A stretch of 63,655 nucleotides of DNA, counting the filler, from Octopus bimaculoides (Eukaryota), in assembly GCF_001194135.2 (NCBI RefSeq). It is 6 parts of 5 records of this genome, joined end to end, with 100 filler letters (N's around TTAATTAATTAA, not from the genome) between each part and the next. Parts side by side here need not be neighbours in the genome. Positions count along the whole stretch, not along the records: positions 24,269 to 49,101 come from NC_068994.1; positions 49,202 to 61,757 come from NC_068983.1; 4 more parts are not named here. The stretch is one strand, 5' to 3'. Made by a program: the position numbers and the translations under genes. Positions 37,869 through 50,540 of the stretch are shown piece by piece (position 1 is the first letter of the stretch; every line of letters begins with the position of its first letter). Under the pieces are notes generated by a model, which was not told where the DNA came from, ran no database searches, and saw only the letters and a list, made by a program, of their open reading frames with translations.

Positions 37869-38204
37869 CATATATATATATGTATAAAAAATAAACCTCC
37901 TTTCCGAATGATATAGACTCTAGGTTAGTTTCCTGGATTCCGAGGCGCATATATTCCCCACATGGATGATAAGCCAGTCTGTCGCAGAATTTCTCATTTT
38001 TGTCAGCTGAGTGGACTGGAGCAATGTGAAAGGAAGTGTTTTGCTCAAGAACACAACGCATCACCCGGTCCAGGAATTGAAACCACAATCTTACATCTAT
38101 GGGTCGAACATTCTAACCACTATCCTATGCTCATTTCATTTCTCCCTTACCTTGATCGCTTCTTTTCTTTTTTCCTTTTGTATCTATGTATATACATATT
38201 TACA

Positions 38205-38540
38205 GGAGTGGCTATGTGGTAAGAAGCTTGCTTCCCAACCACATAGTTCTGGGTTCATTCCCACCTCGGGCCGACCAAAGCCTTGTTAGTGGATTTGGTA
38301 GATGGAAACTGAAAGAAGCCCGTCATATATGCATATGTGTGTGTGTGTGTGTGTGTGTTAGTGTTTGTCCTCCCACCATCGCTTGACAACCGATGTTGGT
38401 ACGTTTACGTCGCTGTAACTTAACGGTTCTGCAAAAGTACTAGGCTTTCAAAGAATAAGTCCTGGGGTCGATTTATTCGACTAAAGACGGTGCTCCAGCA
38501 TGGCCGCAGTCAAATGACTGGAACAAGTAAAAGAATAAAT
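38205..38540 (+). mobile_element. SINE family B, near full length with internal deletions
   Basis: GGAGTGGCTATGTGGTAAGAAGCTTGC...internal (TG)n...GGTGCTCCAGCATGGCCGCAGTCAAATGACTGGAACAAGTAAAAG. Confidence 0.85.
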
Positions 38541-38649
38541 ATGTTATATATGTTCTATATATGTTCTATATATGTTCTATATATGTTCTATATATATATA
38601 TCGTTTGTAGAAAACATAAATCCGGAAAGGCACACTCTAAGATGTAGAC

Positions 38650-39270
38650 CAGTTTACGTTTTAATGGGGAAGGCCGGTTTATGGGATTACTCTGGGTTTC
38701 CCGTCCATAAAGGGTTTAGCTTTATGGTGTATCGTCAGATAAAATATTTGTCAAGACGCTCTTCGAAGACCTCCACATCTACACCTCGCAAATAACTATG
38801 GTTGTTTGGCTGAATATTGAAGAGCTATATAGACCCTTAAAATCCAGGCTGTTACAGTACTGGGTCCTTATTCTAGACGAAGACGGGATCTTTCGTGATA
38901 CGCAGTGCTGTCCAGTTCAGTGGTTCATATAGCTTTCAGTTCCAAAGTTGGGAGCTGGACCTTCCATATGTATATCACTGCATATCTTTCACGCCTTCTC
39001 TCGAGCTTCAGTTCCTTTTAGCCTTTCCCGGGACTCATTTGTTTCACCGAGTCAATCTTCTTTGTGTAGTGGCGTTCGATTGCCTCAAGTTCCAACGCCA
39101 GTTTGACGTCCAGCAAAGCCCACAGTTGGGAACAGTAATCCAGACGACCGAGAACGAAAGTTTTTCCATAGGAGTAGCAAGTTATCCTTCTGTTTCTGAA
39201 TGAATCAGAATCTACACAACTACACTCACCAGCACAACGTTACTATCTTGCATATATGCACGCGTCTCTA
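38650..39270 (-). mobile_element. CR1-group (APE-type) LINE, decayed 3' ORF2 fragment
   Basis: Frameshifted translation LLLW-KTFVLGRLDYCSQLW...LELEAIERHYTKKIDS..M...ERLK...ERRRERYAVIYIWK...PNFG.ESY...FNI.PKQ...GVDVEVF..RLDKYL. Confidence 0.75.
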
Positions 39271-40062
39271 TAAAATGGCAGAGAACAGGAATTACCGAAT
39301 GAACACCACCATTAGTCTACAGTTGTTTCTTCTATAAGATGCAGAACATTTTAGAAGCTCCGACGAAGCTCTAAGGTGAAGCACTTGCGTCTGAATGCAT
39401 CGCCCAGACAGCTTCAAGTGAACATTCCTGTTCATTTATTAAATGCTCTGTACTCGACTAATGCTTTATTCTGAAGAATGAAGCTATTAATATTGCTTAT
39501 TCCTAAACGAAACATTAATATGCATGCATGTATGTATGTATGTATGTATGTATGTATGTGTTCAATGAGTGAGTTTCTCGTTATGTGCCATCATTGTATT
39601 CCAACAAACAGGTTCGTATTTACTTCTCATTCAGTGATGGAGGAGTAAACAGCCACAAACTCCGAGTGGAGTCAGGCTGAATCATTGGCTGCCAAGCTGA
39701 AAAAAGAAATTTTCTCTAACAGACGACTCTTTCTGTCGTTTCGACAGCCAAACGTCTGTGACTATAATATGTGTGCGTTTACATTCAGACATACATACAT
39801 ATATATGTATTTATATATGTGGGTGTATATGTATGTATATAAACGCACATATGTATATACATGCATATGTGTATGTATTTATACATATATATATTGTGTG
39901 TGTGCGTGTGTGTTTGTATGCAGGTATGCGTGTGTGTGTTTTAGCACTCTAAGCACTCTTAATTAGATTTATATGACTTTTACTATTGATTGGTAATTAA
40001 ATTAATGGTAATTAAATAAGTGATTAACGTATATGGGTGACTGCTTTAATGTACATACTATA

Positions 40063-40096
<34 letters not shown>

Positions 40097-40424
40097 CATA
40101 TATATCTGTATGTATATATGTATATATATATATGTATATAATATATAAGTATATATATGCGTGTGTGTATATTATATATATATATATACATCTACATATA
40201 TGTATACGCTACTCACTGTTTGTATGTATGTGTATATATTTGTCTATTTATACATACGTCATACAAACATACGTACATACGTAAACTGTTGATCTTATTT
40301 AAGTCGATTTGTGCGTGTATATGTGGCTGGGTGTGGGGCGAGAGAGAGAGAGAGAGTGACTTCTGGAGTAAAGAAGTCTTTTGGGGGCTTTTTACACTTT
40401 CCTTCTTTTTCTTTATGTATGTAT

Positions 40425-40461
<37 letters not shown>

Positions 40462-41394
40462 CANNNNNNNNNNNNNNNNNNNNNNNNNNNNNNNNNNNNN
40501 NNNNNNNNNNNNNNNNNNNNNNNNNNNNNNNNNNNNNNNNNNNNNNNNNNNNNNNNNNNNNNNNNNNNNNNNNNNNNNNNNNNNNNNNNNNNNNNNNNNN
40601 NNNNNNNNNNNNNNNNNNNNNNNNNNNNNNNNNNNNNNNNNNNNNNNNNNNNNNNNNNNNNNNNNNNNNNNNNNNNNNNNNNNNNNNNNNNNNNNNNNNN
40701 NNNNNNNNNNNNNNNNNNNNNNNNNNNNNNNNNNNNNNNNNNNNNNNNNNNNNNNNNNNNNNNNNNNNNNNNNNNNNNNNNNNNNNNNNNNNNNNNNNNN
40801 NNNNNNNNNNNNNNNNNNNNNNNNNNNNNNNNNNNNNNNNNNNNNNNNNNNNNNNNNNNNNNNNNNNNNNNNNNNNNNNNNNNNNNNNNNNNNNNNNNNN
40901 NNNNNNNNNNNNNNNNNNNNNNNNNNNNNNNNNNNNNNNNNNNNNNNNNNNNNNNNNNNNNNNNNNNNNNNNNNNNNNNNNNNNNNNNNNNNNNNNNNNN
41001 NNNNNNNNNNNNNNNNNNNNNNNNNNNNNNNNNNNNNNNNNNNNNNNNNNNNNNNNNNNNNNNNNNNNNNNNNNNNNNNNNNNNNNNNNNNNNNNNNNNN
41101 NNNNNNNNNNNNNNNNNNNNNNNNNNNNNNNNNNNNNNNNNNNNNNNNNNNNNNNNNNNNNNNNNNNNNNNNNNNNNNNNNNNNNNNNNNNNNNNNNNNN
41201 NNNNNNNNNNNNNNNNNNNNNNNNNNNNNNNNNNNNNNNNNNNNNNNNNNNNNNNNNNNNNNNNNNNNNNNNNNNNNNNNNNNNNNNNNNNNNNNNNNNN
41301 NNNNNNNNNNNNNNNNNNNNNNNNNNNNNNNNNNNNNNNNNNNNNNNNNNNNNNNNNNNNNNNNNATATATATATATATATATACATACATATA

Positions 41395-41441
<47 letters not shown>

Positions 41442-41451
41442 CATATATCTC

Positions 41452-41503
<52 letters not shown>

Positions 41504-41756
41504 ATATATCTCATATATATGTATATATAAGATTGTATTTTATGTATTATGTATGTGCATGTATCATGCATACATATGTATGTATCTATGTATGTATCTA
41601 TGTATGTATGTATGTACACACACTTCATCTTACTTCAAAGAGACTTTATCAGGTTTTCAATCTTCACCTCAGTTCTGACGAAACTGATTTCCTTCCTTCC
41701 ATTTACTTCATTATACACACACATACACACATACACACACAAACATACATACACGC

Positions 41757-41792
<36 letters not shown>

Positions 41793-42114
41793 NNNNNNNN
41801 NNATATACATATACACATAGACAGTGCATAAGTATGTATACTTGTATGTATGTATGTGTGTGTGTGTGTGTGTATATATTTGTGTGTGTGTGTGTAAGAT
41901 CAGGATGTATTTCGTGTTGGTTTTCATGTCATATGATCGCATTTTTTGTATTGTTTGCGGCTGTGTTGTGTAGGAGAATATGGCGTTGTGTGGGGTTAAT
42001 TCCTATGAAGGCGAAAGCATTGGCATTGTTGCCATTCGATGACGTTTGATATATTGAGTACTGGGGTTCGATTCTATCAGATGTCACACCAAAGTGAGGA
42101 AATCAATAATATTG

Positions 42115-42169
<55 letters not shown>

Positions 42170-43719
42170 GTCTTGTTTTAGTGGTTTCACTGACTGGAAT
42201 ATGGCCAAGCTAGAGCACGACCTTCTGTACGCATAGCCGATCATAACAAATCCAGTTCTTATTTGAGGNNNNNNNNNNNNNNNNNNNNNNNNNNNNNNNN
42301 NNNNNNNNNNNNNNNNNNNNNNNNNNNNNNNNNNNNNNNNNNNNNNNNNNNNNNNNNNNNNNNNNNNNNNNNNNNNNNNNNNNNNNNNNNNNNNNNNNNN
42401 NNNNNNNNNNNNNNNNNNNNNNNNNNNNNNNNNNNNNNNNNNNNNNNNNNNNNNNNNNNNNNNNNNNNNNNNNNNNNNNNNNNNNNNNNNNNNNNNNNNN
42501 NNNNNNNNNNNNNNNNNNNNNNNNNNNNNNNNNNNNNNNNNNNNNNNNNNNNNNNNNNNNNNNNNNNNNNNNNNNNNNNNNNNNNNNNNNNNNNNNNNNN
42601 NNNNNNNNNNNNNNNNNNNNNNNNNNNNNNNNNNNNNNNNNNNNNNNNNNNNNNNNNNNNNNNNNNNNNNNNNNNNNNNNNNNNNNNNNNNNNNNNNNNN
42701 NNNNNNNNNNNNNNNNNNNNNNNNNNNNNNNNNNNNNNNNNNNNNNNNNNNNNNNNNNNNNNNNNNNNNNNNNNNNNNNNNNNNNNNNNNNNNNNNNNNN
42801 NNNNNNNNNNNNNNNNNNNNNNNNNNNNNNNNNNNNNNNNNNNNNNNNNNNNNNNNNNNNNNNNNNNNNNNNNNNNNNNNNNNNNNNNNNNNNNNNNNNN
42901 NNNNNNNNNNNNNNNNNNNNNNNNNNNNNNNNNNNNNNNNNNNNNNNNNNNNNNNNNNNNNNNNNNNNNNNNNNNNNNNNNNNNNNNNNNNNNNNNNNNN
43001 NNNNNNNNNNNNNNNNNNNNNNNNNNNNNNNNNNNNNNNNNNNNNNNNNNNNNNNNNNNNNNNNNNNNNNNNNNNNNNNNNNNNNNNNNNNNNNNNNNNN
43101 NNNNNNNNNNNNNNNNNNNNNNNNNNNNNNNNNNNNNNNNNNNNNNNNNNNNNNNNNNNNNNNNNNNNNNNNNNNNNNNNNNNNNNNTATATATATGTGT
43201 ATATATATATATATATATATGTATATGTATATATGTATGTATATACTCATACATACACATTGCCTGCTACTCTAAAACGGAAGAGAAAAACCCGATAAAC
43301 ATTAAAAATCAATAAACCAAATAACTGTGAGATGTAAAAGAGGTGTATACGTGCGCCTCTGTGTGTGTGTGTGTGTGTGTGCACTAACTGTCCACCCCGT
43401 TTCCATCTCACGAAGTCCTTTAACTGCTGTCATAATGGTGACCGTGTGACCAGCAAGGAAAGCAATCACTTAGCCATCATTAATACTGTTTTGGAGTCTA
43501 CGTGCCGCTCGACACATTGCAGACATCAGTGCTGGATGGCGTTGCAGAGGAGAATGTGGGTCGGGGGACAGCCGGTGGCGGTGTCGACCGTGAGGATAAC
43601 CTTCACGACACTGTTGTTAGTAATGATGATAACGATGATGGTGATGGTGTTACAAATTATTTTTTGATAAACCAATAGGTGAAACAGAAGAGTAAGCTTC
43701 ACTTCTAGAATAGCATTAC

Positions 43720-45480
43720 TACTACTACTACTACTACCACCACTGCTGCTGCAGGTTATAACAAGTGCATCCAAGTCTCTACCAGAGACGTTAAGGGACA
43801 AGATTTTGCATCGAAAGATGCCAACAGCTGAGGTGCCATGCAACTGAAAACACTGACGTCTGTGAGAGAGAGAGAAAAAAAAAACAGAATGAGTGAGATT
43901 GCATTTCCACAGAGAGGAATTTCCATAGAATTTGTGAGATGATCATAAGTATGATCTTTTTGCAATTCACTTATTTTAAGGGCTGTCAGGGATTTCGTCA
44001 GCCTATTTGTTTACTCATTCCAAGTGACCCAATAATAATGTTGTTGCTTAGAGATGCTACGTTCCACTGATTTCAATCTCCAGTTCCTTATACTTGTTCC
44101 GTTTTGCAGAGATGTGTTTTCGTAGGCAAGAGCTACAACATCAATCAGAAGGCAAATCTTTTCAATATGATCTGATCTGGTCGCCTGTATTTTCCGATCA
44201 GTCTGAAAACTGAAATTCCAAAAGATGGTAACCTCGGTATTCTGACCAACCTGGGGTGGATTGTGTTCCCACTAATTGTTTTTGTGAGGGAGATCCAATG
44301 AAGTACTACATTGACCAATGTATGGACTGAGCTGCCCTGTTACCTCTTTGTTGTTGGTGCCAGTCTGCAGCATCCAGAGATTATGTGGTCGATTGTCTCT
44401 GCATGTTCAACGCAAATGCGGCACCGTTGGCTCCTCTCGTGTTTCAGGACATCACTCTGGTAATTCCTAGCTGGAAGGAACTGGTCTTGACGAGCAATGA
44501 TATACCCTTTACTTGCTAGTTTGAGACTGGAGCACTTTCTAGTCTGAGACTGATGTGTAAGGGTTTGGTCTACATCAGAGTCCCTGATGCTATTTGTCAT
44601 GCAGTGGCCTTTGCTCTCATTTCTCTTTAGCATATTAGGGGCTGGTTTGTTTGGCTAAAGTTTTTATTTGTTTTGCTTTGTCAGTTGGCAACACATTTTC
44701 TTCTTGTACTGGTTCTTCTTGTTGCATTTCTCGGCGACATATTTTTGGCGTTTTTCGCCAGTAAGTGCTACTTTTGGGTATCTTCATGTTTCAGAACCAG
44801 ATTTAACATCCAATCATTCACTTATTGCAGGTAGGCAGAAAGTCCCATGGTGGCAATTTTCTTTTCTCGGGACATACATCCGATCTGTGGCTGCTTTGGA
44901 AGTGATGTATACGATGCAGCTTTTGTATTTTGACTTCAGCTTTATCGATCCCAGAGGGACCAGTTTATAACATTGAAGCTATATGTGACTACAGGCATGA
45001 CCTCCATTTTGTTTCTGGCATTCAACTCGGTTTTCAGAATGGTTCTTAATCTTCGATAGCACTTCCTCCTTACCTTTTCTCTAATTAGTGAGTGCGTAAA
45101 GCCATCTTCCACACATACTCTTAGATACTTATTGTTGTCCTGAAGTTCTAATTCTTGTATCTCGATGTCTCTTTCCAGAGTGATGTTGTATGTGTTTGAC
45201 AGATTTTCCCTTCGTAAATGTAGCTTTGGCGCATTTGCCGAGCCCAAATTCCATTTTGGTGTCCTCCCTAAATTGTTTGACTGTGGGTAAGAGTGCTTAC
45301 AGTTCTTGGCTATTTCTTTGCTAACAGCTTCACGTCATAAAGGGAAGATGATTAACTGCTTCTCCACACACCTTGTATGCATAATTTGTTTCATTCAGGA
45401 TGTCACTTAGAGGAAACAGTGCTAAGCAGAATAACAAAAGAGACAACGACTCTCCTTGGAAGATTCCACGATGATAGTCA
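43720..45480 (-). mobile_element. R4/Dong-type LINE, 5'-truncated, decayed (RT C-half, CCHC finger, RLE, 3' UTR, GTA tail)
   Basis: RGIFQGESLSLLLFCLAL.PLS; KYL...EKVRRKCYRRLRTILKTELNARNK...PVVTYSFNVINW; GYIIARQDQ.LP.RNY...CRIC....ETIDHIISGC; WEHNP....TIFW..QTDRKI...LLIDV. Confidence 0.88.
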
Positions 45481-45489
45481 ATTGTTATT

Positions 45490-45720
45490 TCGTTTTTCAA
45501 CTCAGGTTTTGTTGATCCTCCTGGAGTTTTGCATACGTAGCGAGCTTCTTGCCTGCAGCCTACACTACCATGCTCTCTGTCCTTTTCACCTCTCTTCTTC
45601 TTCTTCTTCTTCATCATCATCATCACAGGTTTTGTTGGCTATCTAATACTTTCCTGATTATTCTGGCCGTGCCAAGGAGACAAACCTTTTCTAACAGTTC
45701 TACTGGGGACTCTATTTATT
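45490..45720 (-). mobile_element. Short 3'-end fragments of the same R4/Dong subfamily as at 16373
   Basis: IESPVELLEKVCLLGTARIIRKVLDS with CCAGAATAATCAGGAAAGTATTAGATA identical to 16630-16657. The 3' UTR-like GCAAAACTCCAGGAGGATCAACAAAACCTG resembles 16720-16750. Confidence 0.65.
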
Positions 45721-46585
45721 AGTAGTATTAGTAGTATTATTGTTTTTGTTGTTGTTATGATCATCGTTGTCGTCGTCAAATGGTTTTAATTTTTTTAAAA
45801 ACAGTAAGGGGACTGAAGAAAGAAGAATGATACCGTCATATATGTTGTTGTTGTTGTTGTTGTTGTTGTTACTTAACCCTAGGCCAGGCCTGCTCGAGAA
45901 GATGTATGATCAATGACCGTCCAGTCGGAACCATTTCCACTTAAAGTCTATACTTGAATAACACTATACCTGTGGCAAACTTTGTTATTTCTAGAAAGTC
46001 GAGTGACCATGGAGAAAGGTTCTTGTTGTCTCCGGTATGTAGAGGTGTGGGTGTGTATATGCATATATTGATATATCTCCGTGTGTGTGTGTGTGTGTTT
46101 TGTTTGGCTGCAGTCAACACAAAGCAATGCTGTGCTGATAACACCACTGAGCCGAAACACGTATTCATGTCTGTCCTCTTAATGCGATAATTCTGGACAC
46201 TTTAATATTCTTGAGATTATCTCCCCTACCTGTTCGGAATTGGACACGATTGCCACAAGGCGTTTCTATACCATCTTTGGAAGAAGACCTAATTTCAGTA
46301 AAGCATGCATGTATGTATGTATGTATATATATATTTAATATATTTATACATACATATATATACTTACACATATATACATGTATGTGCGCACGCGTGTTAT
46401 GTATGTTTGGCACTCAGAGTTATACAAATCGGGTGTATATTTTGTAAACTAACCTTCAAATGTTAAAGTAGAGCCGAAGCCCCGAACCGGGAGCGAACCA
46501 CAAACTTTTTACCCAAATAATTACATATTGGCAAACATACATACATAAGGCATACACACACATTCATAAACACATGCATGCACAA

Positions 46586-46618
<33 letters not shown>

Positions 46619-47344
46619 ATACTCATTCATTCACACACACGTGTATCTTTACACGAATACACTCACACACAGCTGTTGAAGTATAACAACCAAAAATCAC
46701 CAACACCAATCGATCAATCGAATTAGAGGTTGGAATTGATCACTGACGTCACATCATAGTTCCTTGTGGCGAGGGCGGTGGCTAGATGTTTATGCTGTTA
46801 GTAATGGTGGTGGTGGTGGTGGTGGTGGTGGAGCTGATGCTGGTGGTGCTGGCGACAGGAATTATCGTCGTGGTGGTGGTCGCCGTGGGTGGGTGTTTTG
46901 CTGTTATTATTATTGGTGGTGGTGGTGGTTGGTAGAGGTGATTGTAGTTGGTGCCAGAGATCTGAGAATGAGTTGTCGTTTCACACCAACCATTCCAGTG
47001 GTGGCCCCCACCCCGCACACCACAACTCCACCCTTTCTCTGTTCTACCAAAATATGTTCTGTCATATTTTTCTAATTACCGGCAGTTGAGGGAGAGGAAG
47101 AGGAGGAGCTACGAGGAGGGGTAGAGGCAAGGGGAGGGGAGGACCAAACAAAGCAAACCAATTATTCCATTTCTCAGTGTTTGAAACTCATTAACATTTC
47201 ACAATACACCACCACCACCGACAACGACACTTCCCTCCCACCATCACCACCAACACCAACGACAACAACCATTTGTAGTCCTTTCGCAGTTTTATCCCGT
47301 TTCCACCCGTTTCTTACTCCACCTCCAAAATAATAAATAATTGT

Positions 47345-47420
47345 AGTTGAGCGAATGTTGTGGATTCGAACCCCCGTCGCGGAGATACCAACTCATTGCC
47401 AACCACTATGACCTATTGTA
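47345..47420 (-). other. tRNA-like SINE head (A box TAGTGGTTGG, B box GGTTCGAATCC)
   Basis: Pol III internal promoter motifs at tRNA-like spacing. No complete cloverleaf. Confidence 0.5.
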
Positions 47421-47499
47421 GGTTATTTAACTTAAGCCAATAATGTGCTTCGGTGAAGCATGAATGCCACCTCATCCACTGAGTGTCCCTGCTACGAAA

Positions 47500-47990
47500 A
47501 TCAGGCGTTGATGAAAGAGAAATCTGTCACAGCCCTGTCTATGACATACTGTGACACTGCCTTGGCAAGTTACGTCGGCGTCACACTGTCACACAGTTTC
47601 AGTAAGTTATGTGACAGACAATAGGCAAGACACGTCTGCGATACATTGTTAACTAGTCACAAGTTATGTTTGTGACACAATCTTAGAAAGATAAATCAGT
47701 CACACACTCTGACGCAGTCACGGCAGGATACATCCATATTACACGGTGACAGAGATGAAAGAGATACATATGTGATACAATTTGAACAAGATTTTTCTGT
47801 GATACACTTAAACACAATCTCAAAAAGGACAATGTTGCAAGTTCAACCAGATGTTTCTTTGATACATTTTATTACAGTCACAAAATTTGTTTGTGACATG
47901 ACATAAGTTAATATCCGTAGAACACTTTCACAGTCACAACCTATTATTGTAATACAGATATAGCAAGTTAGGTCCGTGATACATTATGAT
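47500..47990. repeat. Degenerate minisatellite of about 30-35 bp with GTCACAA-n6-TTGTGAC palindromic core
   Basis: Repeated variants AGTCACAAGTTATGTTTGTGACACA, AGTCACAAAATTTGTTTGTGACATG, GCAAGTTAGGTCCGTGATACATT, etc. Confidence 0.6.
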
Positions 47991-48188
47991 GTCATGTTGA
48001 AAAGATGACAAACTCGTTAGCTCCAATTGGCCAGTTACCCTGGCTCAATAGGCTGCTATCGCGCAATCTTATGGTGGGCTACACTGAAAAACAGTTATAA
48101 TTATTGGTATAAGAGTAACACCATTGAAACAGTCTGAGAAGTATGCAACGTTTCGGATACAAATCTTTCAACAGAGTAAGGAGCAACG

Positions 48189-48240
<52 letters not shown>

Positions 48241-49045
48241 TAGACACATACACAGAGGTACGTAAATATAAATAGGTATGCAAGAGGAATTACATGTGAC
48301 AAAGGGAAACAATCGAGAGGAGGAGGAGGAGTCATCGAAAAAGGGGTCACCTACAAGCACAGCAGGTGGTGGTGTTGGCGGTGCTGGTGCTAGAGAAGAG
48401 GAAGGAAAACGTTCGTTGAAGCTTGAATGTGATATTTTAAGACAATGTCGCGTCGCATAGCGAGGAGTACCTGGATGAATTTTTTTTTTTTTTTGCGGGG
48501 GGAGCTGTTAATTATGACAATTTACATTTTCTGCTGCATCTTGGAACTCCAACGGCTTCACTGACTCTTTTGTGTATATATGTATATGCGTGCGCGCGCG
48601 TGTGTGAGAGAGAGAGAGACGAGAATGTTGTTTTGGGACTTGCATACAAATGAGTGTCCCCGTGGAGTGACGTTTTTGGAGGTTACTGTGTGTGTGTGTG
48701 TGTGTGTGTGCATGCGTGTAGACATACACACACATACACGCACATACACACACGCACACATATACACATACACACATGTATTATGTATAAGGGGGTTTTG
48801 TGTATGTACATATATATCGATATATATGTGTACATACACAAACCCCTTTATACATCATACATGTGTGTGTGTACATATAGATGTATGTATATGCATACAG
48901 ATATATATCTACACACACGCATATGTTTGTGTGTGTGTGTTGTTTAGCAGTCAGTCTGTCACTGTCCTCTTGGCCCATCTCTGTCTTTGTATTTCCGTTT
49001 GTATGTCTGTCTGTCTGTCACTGTGGCTAGCTGTCTGTGTGTCGC

Positions 49046-49101
<56 letters not shown>

Positions 49102-49201
49102 NNNNNNNNNNNNNNNNNNNNNNNNNNNNNNNNNNNNNNNNNNNNTTAATTAATTAANNNNNNNNNNNNNNNNNNNNNNNNNNNNNNNNNNNNNNNNNNN
49201 N

Positions 49202-49258
49202 GGGTTAGGGTTAGGGTTAGGGTTAACAGTCTAGTTAGGGTTAGGGTTAGGGTTAGGG
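49202..49258 (+). repeat. Interstitial telomeric-type (TTAGGG)n repeat
   Basis: About 8 TTAGGG units in two blocks separated by AACAGTCTAG, at a contig edge. Confidence 0.85.
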
Positions 49259-49697
49259 GATTAATACGATATTCACCGTTACAGCGCTAACTGTTTTCAA
49301 CTGAATAGACGTCAGTGATTAGTAGAAATGATCGAAATAAGACAATTTTTTACATGAAATAAATTCGAATACAAAAATTTTTTTCTGTTCTATAACACAA
49401 AATAGATAAGTATACGAAGTTTGAAAGTCTTTCGGTACCAAAAACACTACATAAAACATAAATGAAAACTGGTGCCCTATATATATCCTATATATATATA
49501 TATATATACACACAGTGTAGTTAGATAGATAGATTTGTGTATTTGGTGTGTTTAAATGTATGCATGTACGTGTATATGTTTATACGTTCATATTTGTATT
49601 TAATATATCTACGTGTGTATGTAATCATAAACATTATATGTCATTGATTTGATATACACTCACACACACATGTATGTGTGTGCGTGTAAGTATATAT

Positions 49698-49747
<50 letters not shown>

Positions 49748-50509
49748 ACGTACAGACGCGCGCGCGCAGAAACTGGGATATAATGTCTCTGACCCTACTA
49801 TCACTGGCGATAAGATTTCCATCCATTGTTGCTTTAGCACAGAAATATGGTTTTTACGATGCTGAGCTTACCTTTGTTTCCAGCAATAAAATACCTCTCT
49901 CACCTAAACAAGATACTTCATATATATATATATATATATATATATGACACCGCTCCACCAGTGGACGCTACATCTTTATCACTAACAGAGTCCAATCCTT
50001 TTAAACTGCTGGGGAAGCTTTCTGAGCAAGTGATCCGCACTAAGGCTTTCAAAATGTCATGTCTCTGATATTTCTCACCTCAATGTGAAACAACTGATCC
50101 CAGCCGAATCAAGGCTAATTATGAGATGATGTGTTTGGAGTAATAGACCAACCTAGAGCGGTCAGAATTCGATATTTTCCTATGGTTTTTCTTTTGTTTT
50201 TGTTTTATTTTCTCTCTGTTTCTGTTTTTGGGGAGGTTTTGTTGTTGTTGTTGGTGGTGGTGGTGGTGGTGTATATGGAAATACGTTTGTATAAGGCTAT
50301 ATATGTGTGTATGTGAATGACTATGTGTACATGCATGTGTATGTCTTTGCGTCTGTATATGTATATGTGTGTGAGCATACATTTCGATACATAGATATAT
50401 GTATATACATACGGATATATATATGAACACACACACACACATGCACACATTGACATATAAGTATCCGTCCGTACATACATACGTATGTCTATCGTATATC
50501 TATAGATAG

Positions 50510-50540
<31 letters not shown>

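Noticed and set aside
43490-43680. GC-rich segment with protein-like frames on both strands
   Set aside because: No convincing splice pair or homology, and it grades into GAT/GGT microsatellite. Left uncalled.
49202-49258. True chromosome end
   Set aside because: Orientation (TTAGGG on + with sequence continuing rightwards) and short length are incompatible with a left telomere.
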